From Phaeosaccion multiseriatum (lineage: Eukaryota; Protista; Ochrophyta, other classes), in the NCBI GenBank assembly GCA_965112735.1, contig OZ218962.1, forward strand, positions 3,038,001 to 3,102,000: a stretch of 64,000 nt of DNA, read 5' to 3'. Below the pieces are notes generated by a model. It worked only from the letters and a program-made list of their open reading frames with translations. It was not told the origin of the DNA and made no database searches. This document shows positions 34,899-46,908 of the stretch, in pieces. The position numbers and the translations under genes are program-made. The first letter of the stretch is position 1. Each line of letters begins with the position of its first letter.

Positions 34899-37800
34899 AT
34901 GGTGAGATTGCGCTTCCCTCTGCCCTCTGCTTTCTACGACGGGGCCGATAACATCCTCCTCCTTCCTCCCCTTTCCTTCTGTCTCTTCACTCTTTGTCTC
35001 TTTATCCCCCCCTCTCCTGCTTTTCTCTCACTTCTCTCTCCCTTCCCTCTACCTGCCCACCTCCCTGCCCCCCCCCCCTCTCCCCCCGCCCTCCTCCTAT
35101 CGACTACCTCTTCCTGTGCGGCAGGAACAATTCTCTGCCGCCATCACGAACGTGCGCTCCAAGGCCAACTCCATTCGCACCACCATAACTCAATACCTGG
35201 AGCCGGACCTCCTGGGCAACCCTAACCCCAGCTGGTGCGCATAGGGCAAGGCCCCTCTTACCACTCCTCCTGCAGTTATGCATACTCTGCTACGCTCCAC
35301 ATGTGGTGTCGACTACTGCTCCTCACACTACACACCGTGCCCTTGTCTGCTCTCCTCCCTCTCCTCCTCTACTTTTTTTTTACCTTCCCTTGACTTTGAA
35401 TTGTCCCCTCCCCCGTGTACAGGCCTGACCTGCTCAGCAGCTTCGACGTGGTGGCTCGGCGAATGTCAGACCTGTCCACCGACCTCGATCCCGTCCTCAA
35501 CTTCCTTGCCTACCAGCCGCGGAAACCCACGGCCAACAGTGCCGACAGTAAGTCAGTGAGAACACCCTTCCCTCCCTACCAGAGAGTGGTGCACCTCTGT
35601 GCGCACTGCCGCCTCTCTTCGCTGCTCAACAGTACCGCTTGGGCTTGAGTCCCTAGGAAACTCATCTGAGGCCCTCCTTCCCTCCGTCTCTCCTCCCTCC
35701 CTCCCTCCCGCCCTCCCTCCCCCCCTCCGCCCCCCCACCATGCTGCCGCTGCTGCCGCAAATGAAGTTCCCCTCTTTCTGAGCACTCGGCCCCTCGCAGA
35801 GATGGACTTGGAGGAGGCGCGTTTTGTGGGCATTCGGAAGGCCCAAGTAGAACAAGCAAGACGGGATCTCTTGGCGCGGAATGCCAAACGGAGGCGGCTG
35901 CGAGAGACCAAGAAAGACACCGGAGGAAGTGCAGTAGCAAAGAGGGAGAGGGGAGGGCAGGAGGGCTCGGAGGGAGGCAGAGGGGCAGCAGTAGCAGCAG
36001 GGGAGCGGGAACCAGGGGAGCAAGAGGGAGATGATGGTGAGGAGCACCAGCAGCAGCAGCAGCAGGAGGAGGAGGAGGAGGAGGAGGAGGTGCGCGAGAA
36101 GACGGGCCAAGAGAGCGAGGCAGCGGTGAGTGAGAAAGCCGTTATGTTGCTTTGCCTGGGTGGGGACAGAGCGGATATGTCGTTTTTGTGCGGCTCCTCT
36201 CTGCCTTGGCCTCACCAGAAACGTGTTCGGCGTCAGGTTTTCTTTCTATACGCATCTCTCTCTGTATTCTCTGTAAGCGTCTCTCTCTCTCTGTGTGTCT
36301 TTGTCTCTCTCTCTGTGTGGGTGTCTTTGTGTCTCTCTCTCTGTGTGTGTCTTTGTGTGTCTCTCTCTGTGTGTGTGTCTTTGTGTCTCTCTCTGTGTGT
36401 GTCTTTGTGTCTCTCTCTGTGTGTGTCTTTGTGTCTCTCTCTGTGTGTGTGTCTTTGTGTCTCTCTCTGTGTGTGTGTCTTTGTGTCTCTCTCTCTGTGT
36501 GTGTCTTTGTGTCTCTCTGTGTGTGTGTCTTTGTGTCTCTCTCTCTCTGTGTGTGTCTTTGTGTGTCTCTCTGTGTGTGTCTTTGTGTGTCTCTCTCTGT
36601 GTGTGTCTTTGTATGTCTCTCTCTGTGTGTGTCTTTGTGTCTCTCTCTCTGTGTCTTTGTGTGTCTCTCTCTGTGTGTCTTTGTGTCTCTCTCTGTGTGT
36701 GTGTCTTTGTGTGTCTCTCTCTGTGTGTGTGTCTTTGTGTCTCTCTCTGTGTGTGTGTCTTTGTGTCTCTCTCTGTGTGTGTGTGTTTGTGTCTCTCTCT
36801 GTGTGTGTGTCTTTGTGTCTCTCTCTGTGTGTGTGTGTCTTTGTGTCTCTCTCTCTGTGTGTGTCTTTGTGTCTCTCTCTGTGTGTGTGTCTTTGTGTCT
36901 CTCTCTGTGTGTGTCTTTGTGTCTCTCTCTGTGTGTGTGTGTCTTTGTGTCTCTCTCTGTGTGTGTCTTTGTGTCTCTCTCTCTGTGTGTGTCTTTGTGT
37001 GTCTCTCTCTGTGTGTGTCTTTGTGTCTCTCTCTGTGTGTGTCTTTGTGTCTCTCTCTCTGTGTGTGTCTTTGTGTGTCTCTCTCTGTGTGTGTGTCTTT
37101 GTGTCTCTCTCTGTGTGTGTCTTTGTGTGTCTCTCTCTGTGTGTGTGTCTTTGTGTCTCTCTCTGTGTGTGTCTTTGTGTCTCTCTGTGTGTGTGTCTTT
37201 GTGTCTCTCTCTGTGTGTGTGTCTTTGTGTCTCTCTCTGTGTGTGTCTTTGTGTCTCTCTCTCTCTCTCTGTGTGTCTTTGTGTGTCTCTCTCTGTGTGT
37301 GTCTTTGTGTGTCTCTCTGTGTGTGTCTTTGTGTGTCTCTCTCTGTGTGTGTGTCTTTGTGTCTCTCTCTCTGTGTGTGTCTTTGTGTCTCTCTGTGTGT
37401 GTGTGTCTTTGTGTCTCTCTCTCTGTGTGTGTGTCTTTGTGTCTCTCTGTGTGTGTGTTTGTGTCTCTCTGTGTGTGTGTCTTTGTGTCTCTCTCTGTGT
37501 GTGTGTCTTTGTGTCTCTCTCTCTCTGTGTGTGTCTTTGTGTCTCTCTCTGTGTGTGTGTCTTTGTGTGTCTCTCTCTGTGTGTGTGTCTTTGTGTCTCT
37601 CTCTGTGTGTGTGTGTTTGTGTCTCTCTCTGTGTGTGTGTCTTTGTGTCTCTCTCTGTGTGTGTGTGTCTTTGTGTCTCTCTCTCTGTGTGTGTCTTTGT
37701 GTCTCTCTCTGTGTGTGTGTCTTTGTGTCTCACTCTGTGTGTGTCTTTGTGTCTCTCTCTGTGTGTGTGTGTCTTTGTGTCTCTCTCTGTGTGTGTCTTT

Positions 37801-40800
37801 GTGTCTCTCTCTCTGTGTGTGTCTTTGTGTGTCTCTCTCTGTGTGTGTCTTTGTGTCTCTCTCTGTGTGTGTCTTTGTGTCTCTCTCTCTGTGTGTGTCT
37901 TTGTGTGTCTCTCTCTGTGTGTGTGTCTTTGTGTCTCTCTCTGTGTGTGTCTTTGTGTGTCTCTCTCTGTGTGTGTGTCTTTGTGTCTCTCTCTGTGTGT
38001 GTCTTTGTGTCTCTCTCTGTGTGTGTCTTTGTGTCTCTCTCTGTGTGTGTGTGTCTTTGTGTCTCTCTCTGTGTGTGTCTTTGTGTCTCTCTCTCTCTCT
38101 GTGTGTCTTTGTGTGTCTCTCTGTGTGTGTGTGTCTTTGTGTCTCTCTGTGTGTGTGTTTGTGTCTCTCTGTGTGTGTGTCCCTGTGTCTCTCTCTGTGT
38201 GTGTCTTTGTGTCTCTCTCTGTGTGTGTCTTTGTGTCTCTCTCTGTGTGTGTGTGTCTTTGTGTCTCTCTCTGTGTGTGTCTGTGTCTCTCTCTCTGTGT
38301 GTGTCTTTGTGTGTCTCTCTCTGTGTGTGTCTTTGTGTCTCTCTCTGTGTGTGTCTTTGTGTCTCTCTCTCTGTGTGTGTCTTTGTGTCTCTCTCTGTGT
38401 GTGTCTTTGTGTCTCTCTCTCTGTGTGTGTCTTTGTGTGTCTCTCTCTGTGTGTGTCTTTGTGTCTCTCTCTGTGTGTGTCTTTGTGTCTCTCTCTCTGT
38501 GTGTGTCTTTGTGTGTCTCTCTCTGTGTGTGTCTTTGTGTCTCTCTCTGTGTGTGTCTTTGTGTGTCTCTCTCTGTGTGTGTGTCTTTGTGTCTCTCTCT
38601 GTGTGTGTCTTTGTGTCTCTCTCTGTGTGTGTCTTTGTGTCTCTCTCTGTGTGTGTCTTTGTGTCTCTCTCTCTGTGTGTGTGTGTGTGTGTCTTTGTGT
38701 CTCTCTCTGTGTGTGTCTTTGTGTCTCTCTCTGTGTGTGTCTTTGTGTCTCTCTCTCTGTGTGTGTGTGTGTGTGTCTTTGTGTCTCTCTCTCTGTGTGT
38801 GTCTTTGTGTCTCTCTCTCTGTGTGTGTCTTTGTGTCTCTCTGTGTGTGTGTGTCTTTGTGTCTCTCTCTCTCTGTGTGTGTGTCTTTGTGTCTCTCTGT
38901 GTGTGTGTTTGTGTCTCTCTGTGTGTGTGTCTTTGTGTCTCTCTCTGTGTGTGTGTCTTTGTGTCTCTCTCTCTCTGTGTGTGTCTTTGTGTCTCTCTCT
39001 GTGTGTGTGTCTTTGTGTGTCTCTCTCTGTGTGTGTCTTTGTGTCTCTCTCTGTGTGTGTCTTTATGTGTCTCTCTCTGTGTGTCTTTGTGTGTCTCTCT
39101 CTGTGTGTGTGTCTTTGTGTCTCTCTCTGTGTGTGTCTTTGTGTCTCTCTCTGTGTGTGTCTTTGTGTCTCTCTCTGTGTGTGTCTTTGTGTCTCTCTCT
39201 GTGTGTGTGTCTTTGTGTGTCTCTCTCTGTGTGTGTGTCTTTGTGTCTCTCTCTGTGTGTGTCTTTGTGTCTCTCTCTGTGTGTGTCTTTGTGTCTCTCT
39301 CTGTGTGTGTCTTTGTGTCTCTCTCTGTGTGTGTGTCTTTGTGTCTCTCTCTGTGTGTGTGTGTTTGTGTCTCTCTCTGTGTGTGTGTCTTTGTGTCTCT
39401 CTCTGTGTGTGTGTGTCTTTGTGTCTCTCTCTCTGTGTGTGTCTTTGTGTCTCTCTCTGTGTGTGTGTCTTTGTGTCTCTCTCTGTGTGTGTCTTTGTGT
39501 CTCTCTCTGTGTGTGTCTTTGTGTCTCTCTCTGTGTGTGTGTGTGTGTGTGTCTTTGTGTCTCTCTCTGTGTGTGTCTTTGTGTCTCTCTCTGTGTGTGT
39601 CTTTGTGTCTCTCTCTCTGTGTGTGTGTGTGTGTGTCTTTGTGTCTCTCTCTGTGTGTGTCTTTGTGTCTCTCTCTGTGTGTGTGTGTCTTTGTGTCTCT
39701 CTCTGTGTGTGTCTGTGTCTCTCTCTCTGTGTGTGTCTTTGTGTGTCTCTCTCTGTGTGTGTCTTTGTGTCTCTCTCTGTGTGTGTCTTTGTGTCTCTCT
39801 CTCTGTGTGTGTCTTTGTGTGTCTCTCTCTGTGTGTGTCTTTGTGTCTCTCTCTGTGTGTGTCTTTGTGTGTCTCTCTCTGTGTGTGTGTCTTTGTGTCT
39901 CTCTCTGTGTGTGTCTTTGTGTCTCTCTCTGTGTGTGTCTTTGTGTCTCTCTCTGTGTGTGTGTCTTTGTGTCTCTCTCTGTGTGTGTGTCTTTGTGTCT
40001 CTCTCTCTGTGTGTGTCTTTGTGTCTCTCTCTGTGTGTGTCTTTGTGTCTCTCTCTCTGTGTGTGTCTTTGTGTCTCTCTCTGTGTGTGTCTTTGTGTCT
40101 CTCTCTCTGTGTGTGTGTGTGTGTGTCTTTGTGTCTCTCTCTCTGTGTGTGTCTTTGTGTCTCTCTCTGTGTGTGTCTTTGTGTCTCTCTCTGTGTGTGT
40201 GTGTCTTTGTGTCTCTCTCTCTCTCTCTGTGTGTCTTTGTGTGTCTCTCTCTGTGTGTGTCTTTGTGTCTCTCTCTGTGTGTGTCTTTGTGTGTCTCTCT
40301 GTGTGTGTGTGTCTTTGTGTCTCTCTCTCTGTGTGTGTCTTTGTGTCTCTCTGTGTGTGTGTGTCTTTCAGTCTCTCTCTCTCTGTGTGTGTGTCTTTGT
40401 GTCTCTCTGTGTGTGTCTTTGTGTCTCTCTGTGTGTGTGTCTTTGTGTCTCTCTCTGTGTGTGTGTCTTTGTGTCTCTCTCTCTCTATGTGTGTCTTTGT
40501 GTCTCTCTCGGTGTGGGTGTCTTTGTGTGTCTCTCTCTGTGTGTGTCTTTGTGTCTCTCTCTGTGTGTGTCTTTGTGTCTCTCTCTCTGTGTGTCTTTGT
40601 GTGTGTCTCTCTCTCTGTGTGGGTGTGTCTTTGTGTCTCTATCGCACCCTCCTATGCATCCTCCCCTCAGTCTCTCCCCCTGCTTTGGTCTCTCTCTCGT
40701 CTCCCTCCTGCTCTTGTGTCTCTCCCTTACTCTCAACCCCCCCCCTTTCTAACCAATTCATGACATGCTCTCTTTGCCTTGGCATGCCTCCCTCTCGCCC

Positions 40801-41050
40801 TTCCTCTTCACCTTTCTCTTCTCTCTCTCCCCCTTCTCTCCCTCTCCCTCTCTCCCTCTCTCTCTCCCTCCCTCGCTCTCTCTATCCCCTCTCTCTCTAT
40901 CTGTACCCATATGATGCCCGTATCTGCATCTGTCGTTGCCCCCCCCAGGTATGGCAGTACAACACCAATGTCATGGACGTGGAACGAGCATATGGGCAAT
41001 ATGCGCAGGGCCTTCTAGACAGTTGGTCCTCCACCAGAGCTCACAGATAA
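34899..41050 (+). CDS. MED8: Mediator subunit 8-like protein (5 exons; first coding exon is ATG only; intron 4 is 4.8 kb)
   Basis: Exons 34899-34901, 35125-35234, 35423-35547, 35767-36125, 40949-41050 join in phase to M|[18 protein letters not shown]...PSW|[10 protein letters not shown]...[12 protein letters not shown]...ADI|[12 protein letters not shown]...|VWQYNTNV. This resembles the Med8 pattern W..LL..F / P / IP..LS....PEM. Confidence 0.7.
36255..40640. repeat. 4.4-kb compound satellite CTTT(GT)2-3(CT)n(GT)m inside MED8-like intron 4
   Basis: Units of about 22-36 bp, almost A-free on the + strand. Explains the spurious 1500-1650-aa CVSL ORFs. Confidence 0.97.
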
Positions 41051-41179
41051 CTCGGGCACCCCTCCAGCAAGGGGCTCTTAGCTCCCAGCCCAGCAGAGAG
41101 GCAGGCAGCGTTGAGAGCGGAGGAGGCTGCGGCACAGAGCTCTTCAGATCAATTTGCTGAGCACTCTCAATTCACTCGG

Positions 41180-41573
41180 CACGTAGACCTTCCTTGTGGT
41201 GTGGGTGTTGAATCCGCACTTGGTCCTTCCTTTTGGTGTGGAGGAGGTAGAGATGGGGCAGTACGTTAAGCCTCCCTCTGGAGCTGCCTGCCTCGCTCAA
41301 GAAGGTCAGGTCTTGCTCTTTCTTCAATCAGCAGCTGGACCCTCCGTGCGGAGTGGAGGAGGTGGTGATGGGAAAGTGCTTTAACCACCCTCTGAGCGTG
41401 CCTGCTTCTCTGCGGACTCCAGTGCTGGGACAGAGTTACAGCTGCCCTTTGGAGAGCCTACCTGGCTGATGGCCTCACGAAGATTACGGTTGGGGAGGCC
41501 TACCAGCTGCCTGCAGATCTGCCCGAGGGGCTTGAGGTGACTCGCTTGCGTGAGGGGATGATGCGACTCAGCT
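41180..41573 (+). pseudogene. 3' remnant of an FNIP gene (frameshifted)
   Basis: HLVLPFGVEEVEMG, cctctggagctgcctgcctcgctcaagaag, VEEVVMGKCFNHPL, ctgcctgcagatctgcccgaggggctt, and the shared 3' UTR gggatgatgcgactcagct. Confidence 0.88.
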
Positions 41574-41601
41574 CAGGACGATGGGACAGTGGGAGGAAGA
41601 G

Positions 41602-41893
41602 AACGAGTGCGGGGGCCGGACGGTCTGGTCGTGAAGCTTTGGGGTACTTGTTGTTTATTATTGACTTGATAGGAATCTCCTAAGGGCGGGCTTTGGGACT
41701 GGCCACCATGTGCACTTCCTGGACGGGCAGTTCCTACAGAAGAGCCCCACCCCGTACAATCATCTCCCTCCTGTGTGCAGATGGACGGGAGGTCTAGTCG
41801 AGTCGAGACGCAAAGTCGACAGTGTCGAGACGCGAAGTCGACAGTGTCGAGGAGCAAAGTCGAATGTGTTGAGGAACAAACGAGTGCGGGGGC
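41602..41893 (-). mobile_element. Short putative non-autonomous element with the LINE-type 3' terminal motif, 22-bp internal repeats and flanking direct repeats
   Basis: Reverse strand cttaggagattcctatcaagtcaataataaa at about 41654-41684. Three gtcgagacgcaaagtcgacagt-like units at about 41802-41862. aacgagtgcgggggc at 41602-41616 and 41879-41893. Confidence 0.5.
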
Positions 41894-42311
41894 AGGAGAG
41901 CACGTCACTCAGTGGACGAGACAAGCACGCACGTACGCACGCACGCACGCACGCACGCATCTTCACTCGACTTCCCCACTATACACAGTCAGTCGTTGCG
42001 AAGGGGTGTGTGTGTGTGCGTGCGTGCGTGCAGGCGGGCGATAGTGTTTTTTAGGCCCAATTTGAATGTACATTTCTCTCTTGACTTCTGTATCTCTCCT
42101 CTGGTACCTGTTGGCCTGTCTGCTGTCTGTGTCCACCGACCTGTGTCCACGGGCCTGTCCATTCCTTTCCGTTGCTGTCCGTTACTGTCCGTTGGTCTGA
42201 CAGACAATACAGGCCGACTGCCAGACAGGCAGACCGACCGACAGACCGACCAACAGACAGACTGTCGCCTAACCCGAGAACGAAAACCCTCACCACCACC
42301 CCGCTGCCCCC

Positions 42312-43384
42312 TCACCGCCCGCCTATTCGCTTGTCCCTGCCCACCTTCCTGTGTGCATCCCTGCGTGCCTCCAGGCGACCCCTGCGGTCGTTGACGCTCT
42401 TCTTGACCCTCTTGGCCCCGAGCTTCTTGTCCTTGTTGTCGGCCGCGCTGCTCCGCTGCTTGGCCTTCTTGTCTGCGTACTTTTTGAACTCTTCCGTCTC
42501 CTTGTTCATCAGTTCCATCTGCAGGATCTGTGGGGGTGGGGAGCCGATGGCCGTTTGGCGACGATTGGAGGGGGAACAAGGCAAGCAAGGTGGGACCATT
42601 TGTCATTTGGCGACGATTGGAGAGAGAAGGAGCAAAGCGAGGAAGGAAGTTGGGCTTTTGGCGACGAGTGGAGAGGGGGAAGACCAAGCAACGACGAGCG
42701 AAGGGGGGGGGGGAGTGTACACGACCAGCCCAGGGATGTTACGGGATGCGCGCAAGGACCAAGGCGAAGGAAGAGCAGCAGGACATGCAAAGATGATGAA
42801 ACAAGAGGGAAGAATAGCAGCTGGTGAGGGACAGGGTGGGAGGAGGCAGTCCATTCCTCAAGGCCTCAAACACGCACCTTGGCCATTCCTGCCTTCTTCT
42901 CTGCCTCTCGTTTCCTCCTTTCCTCCTCGTCCTCTTCCGGCTCGGGCTCGGGCTGTGATGGAGGTGTACAGGCAGGCAAAGGAGGGGCAAGGAGCAGGAA
43001 TAGCAAGCAAGTTGAGGCACCGCCAAGAAGGGGGAGTTGTGGTCTTGTGAGGAGAGGCAGCGAGAGAGGGAGAGCGAGAGGGAGAAGGAGAGAATGGGGA
43101 GGAGAAAGAGAGGTGGAAAGCCGAGGCAGGTGTCTCTCTTGACGCTCACTGCTGCTCACCTCCTCCTCCTTGGGGAAGTAACGCTCGTAATTGGCCCTCA
43201 GACAGGGCACAAGATAGTACTTTAGTTTGCCCATCTTTCGGCGGATGCGAGCCTGCCTCATCCTGAGGGAAGGAGGGAAGGAGGGAAGGAGGGGGGCAGA
43301 GACAGAGGACCGGGGAAGGAAGGACGGCGTTCGAGCGAAAAAAGACACACACATACAGAGAGAGAGAGGGAGAGAGAGAGAGGG

Positions 43385-43416
<32 letters not shown>

Positions 43417-45550
43417 AGAGAGAGGGGGAGAGAGAGAGGGGGAGAGAGAGAGAGGGAGAGAGCGAGGGAGAGAGCGAGAGATGCAGGAACGGAAGGCCAC
43501 GTGAGCGACCAGGCTATATAAAAGGGAGAGCGCAGCGAGGGGGCGTCAGACTCAGGGTCCTGGCGAGGGTCAGGGTCAGGGTCAAGGGCAGGGTCAGAGT
43601 CAGGATCATGACCAGGGTCAGGGTCAGGGTCAGGGTCAGGGTCATGACCAGGGTCAGGGTCAGGGTCAGGGTCAAAGGCAGGGTCAGAGTCAGGATCATG
43701 ACTAGGGTCAAATATGCCAGAGGAGAGTCCCGCACCTCCCCCTTCCTCCTCTCTTCACCACACTTTCAGTTTCTTTGGAGATTCCTAACAAGTCAATAAA
43801 TCCCACCCTCTCCTCATCTTTCCGGCCTCACCTCTCCTTCCTCTCAACCTCATGCCTGGCGTCAGCGAGGTCTTGCATACGCTTCCTCTCGAGCTGGTTC
43901 TGCATGGACCTTCGCTTGCGCCGCCACCACCTCTCGCCCCACAGCGTTTGGTGCATCTTGACCTGAGAGAGAGAGGAGCAAGGAGCAGTCGGATTGGGAA
44001 CAGTGGGGTGGGGAGCGGTTTCGTTACGGTTACGTCAGGAGCGGGTACGAAAGGAGGGGTGGGACTGTTGGGATGGCGGGAGGGGAAGGGGGCTGAGCAT
44101 GATCAAGGGCGCACAAGAGCAACTCAAAGAAGGACAGGAAGGGGGTGTCTCTGAAGGTCTTATTTCCCTCACTCCCTCCCTCCCTCCCTCCCTCCCTCCC
44201 TCCCTCCCTCCCTCCCTCCCTCCCTCCCTCCCCCCACCTCCCCGTACGCCTCTAACCTGCAGCCTCATGGCGGGGTAGAAGAGAGAGGGGAAGGCTGCAT
44301 GGTACAGCTCTAGCTCCCAGAACTCCACCTTCCCGTCTGCCTGCACCGGCATCTTGTCCAGCGCGATGCGTACGTTGCCCCTCGGCCCTAAGATGGGGTC
44401 CACATGGTACAGCATGTTCACGAGCATGTGCATCTCTTCCTTCTCCACAAAGCCCTAAAACACCGTGCAAAGCACCGTGTGGAAGTGCCACGTGCAGCGT
44501 TTGGGGTGAGGTGGAGAGGGTGAAGGGGAGGGAGAGAGGGCGGTTTGAAAAGGAGAGCAGCGGCGAAGCCCCAGCCCAGCACTTGTTCCCCGCCCCAGTG
44601 CCGCCCCCCCCTCTCGGCCTGCCGGCCCATCCGCCTGCCTGCCTCACCTGCTTCTCTCTATCCAGAATGAAGAAGCAGAATTTGAGTATCTCCGTCTCCT
44701 CGAACAGCGAATACGTCACCATGGCATGGAGCCACTCGCCGAATTCAAGCTGTGCACACGCACCCACACGCAAGAGAGGCGAGCAGGGGTCAGAGGCTTG
44801 GTCTCAAATACGGGTGTGTGTATGTGCGCGCCCTGCTGCGTGCCTAGCGAAAGCTCACCCAACTACTCGGAGACTAGGCCCCGGCCCGCAGCCCTGCCAC
44901 CCATCCGCTGCCATCCCCTTTCATCTCCCTCCCCTCTTCCCTGCCTTGCCACCCATCCGCTGCCATCCTTGCCAGCCCCCCCCTCCTTACGTGCTGAAAG
45001 TCCCGCACTCCAATGAGCTCAAAGACAGAGTCCCCGAAGATGCTCTTGCGTTCGCCCAACACTGAGTAGAACTTGGCAATCTCGATGGCGCCTGTGGTGC
45101 CAGGGGCAGTATGCCATGCGTCAATGTTGGGACAGAAAAAAAGGGGGAAGCGTTGCGAGTAGTTAGCACAGGAGCATTGACTGTCTATTCAAAGGAGGGG
45201 TGTGATGGGCTTCCTGTGAGGGGTGAGTGCATGAGGGCATGAGAACATAACAGAGCATCGGAGGAATCTTGATGAGTACGAAGAGGTTTTGTTTAAAGAG
45301 ACCCGACTCTTTGGGTTGGTCAAGTGAGCTACGCTCTTGAATAATGCGCAGCAGCTATAATCCCGTGATGAGCTGGACTGCACCGCCGAGTACCGCCACA
45401 ACCTTTCCACTACTTACCCTCTTTATGCAGATCCATCCTCTGAAACAGGTGGAAGGCGTCGGCCAGCTCGCTATTGCGCAGCTCCAGCTGAGCTATGACC
45501 TTTGTGGTCCGGGCGTCTGGCTCCGGCAGGAGAGATACCCCAGCTCCCAT
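42312..45550 (-). CDS. N-myristoylated EF-hand calcium-binding protein (calcineurin-B/NCS-like N-half) with charged coiled-coil tail, ~8 exons
   Basis: Starts MGAGVS (MGxxxS). EF-hand-like segments FQRMDLHKEG|AIEIAKF, LEFGEWL, FCFFILDREKQ|GFVEKEEM, ADGKVEFWE, then AFPSLFYPAMRLQ|VKMHQTLWGERWW. Confidence 0.8.
43510..43800 (+). mobile_element. Intronic insert: TATA-like box, (TCAGGG)n-like array and LINE-type 3' terminus
   Basis: tatataaaa at about 43515, degenerate AGGGTC repeats at 43552-43710, and cactttcagtttctttggagattcctaacaagtcaataaa at 43761-43800 matching 55915-55954. Confidence 0.55.
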
Positions 45551-45933
45551 GGTGGGCGGGCGACGGCTGCTCCAGCACTCGTCTTATCCTCCTGTCGTGG
45601 CTGCTCCTGCGGCCTGCCGCCTCTTTAAATCTTGGTTGTGGACCCTTACATCCCTCTCCCTTGCTCGCCGCCTGCGCTGGCTCATCTCAGGTTTGGTTTT
45701 TTGTGAGGATTTTTTTCGCAGAGCCGGAGCCCGTAACCGAAAAGAAGCTCAAACTGCAAATTTCTATGCAAGTTGGTGCTCCTGAACCATCTGTGAGCAC
45801 GATGCCCCAGAGCTGAGGATCGGCCGCTCTTAAACAAAAAGCAGGGGAAGCTTATCGGCTGCTTCTTCACGCCGACTCTGTTGCAGCTTGGTGCTTGCCC
45901 CTGCTTGCCCCTGCCCTTCCTCTGCGAGAAGCC

Positions 45934-46863
45934 ATGTGGGCCATCAAGGGGGCGAGGGTGGCGCATGGTGGACCAGGCCACCGCACCTCCTCCTCCTCCC
46001 TTCGTGTCCTTCGTCGGACAATGGGGGCACAGGGGGCGAAGGCAGCAGCATCAACAGCAGTGGGGCACTTGCCATCCGCACAGTCACATGTGGATGCGCC
46101 GCAAGTAGTGACGCCAGCAGCCGGAGCCCAACCAGCAGCAGTATTGGCCGCAGAGGTAGGAGCCGGTGGAGCAGCGGGAGGAGGAGCAGCAGCAAGAGGG
46201 GGCCGGCCTACGCAGGCCGGGTTCGGGACTCAATGCCGCGGCTGCCACTCTCATAGCCTACAGCGGCGGCACGGAGTGCAGTTCCTGCCCGTTGCCGGCC
46301 ACTCAGGAGTGTCAGATGTGGGCGGGAGCACCAGGGGCTTCCACGCATCAGTGTCCACAACCGCTGCAGCAGCTTTGCAGGGGTCGAGACCAGCAGAGCG
46401 AGGTACTATGGCAACAGCCGCAGCAGGCAGAGGACGAGGAGAAACGAACTCAGCCTCTCAACCACAGCAGCAGCAGGAGTCCCCCAAGACGCCCAAACCA
46501 TTGACCATCCCCGTTCTTTCGGCAGAAGAGAACGAGACCAGAGTGGAGGGCATCACAAAGAAGGTTGTTCTCCTCGGTAAGCGCAACAGGACCATCCACA
46601 TGTGGCAGCTCTTCGCCGACGCGCGCCTGGAGGGGGTGCGGCTCACGCACGGAGTGTTCGTCGCAGCTCTTGATGCGCTGGGGGGGTGCGCATTGTGGAG
46701 AGAGATCCCGAGGCTGCTTGGGGATATGCCCAGAGCGGGGCTCAGGTGAGAGATATGTGTGAGAGGAAGATGCGGGGGGCGTGCACCGCTGGGCTTTCCT
46801 ACTTCCCTACGCCGCCACGAGGTGTACTTGTTGCTGCTGCTCCTGCTGCTCCTGCTGCTCCTC

Positions 46864-46908
<45 letters not shown>

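Noticed and set aside
35802-41050. Three 1485-1653-aa ORFs (CVSL repeats) and antisense HTER ORFs
   Set aside because: Stop-free translation of an A-poor satellite lying inside a GT-AG intron.
43514-43735. RV/TL dipeptide ORFs; true chromosome end
   Set aside because: Translation of a short interstitial hexamer array inside an intron.
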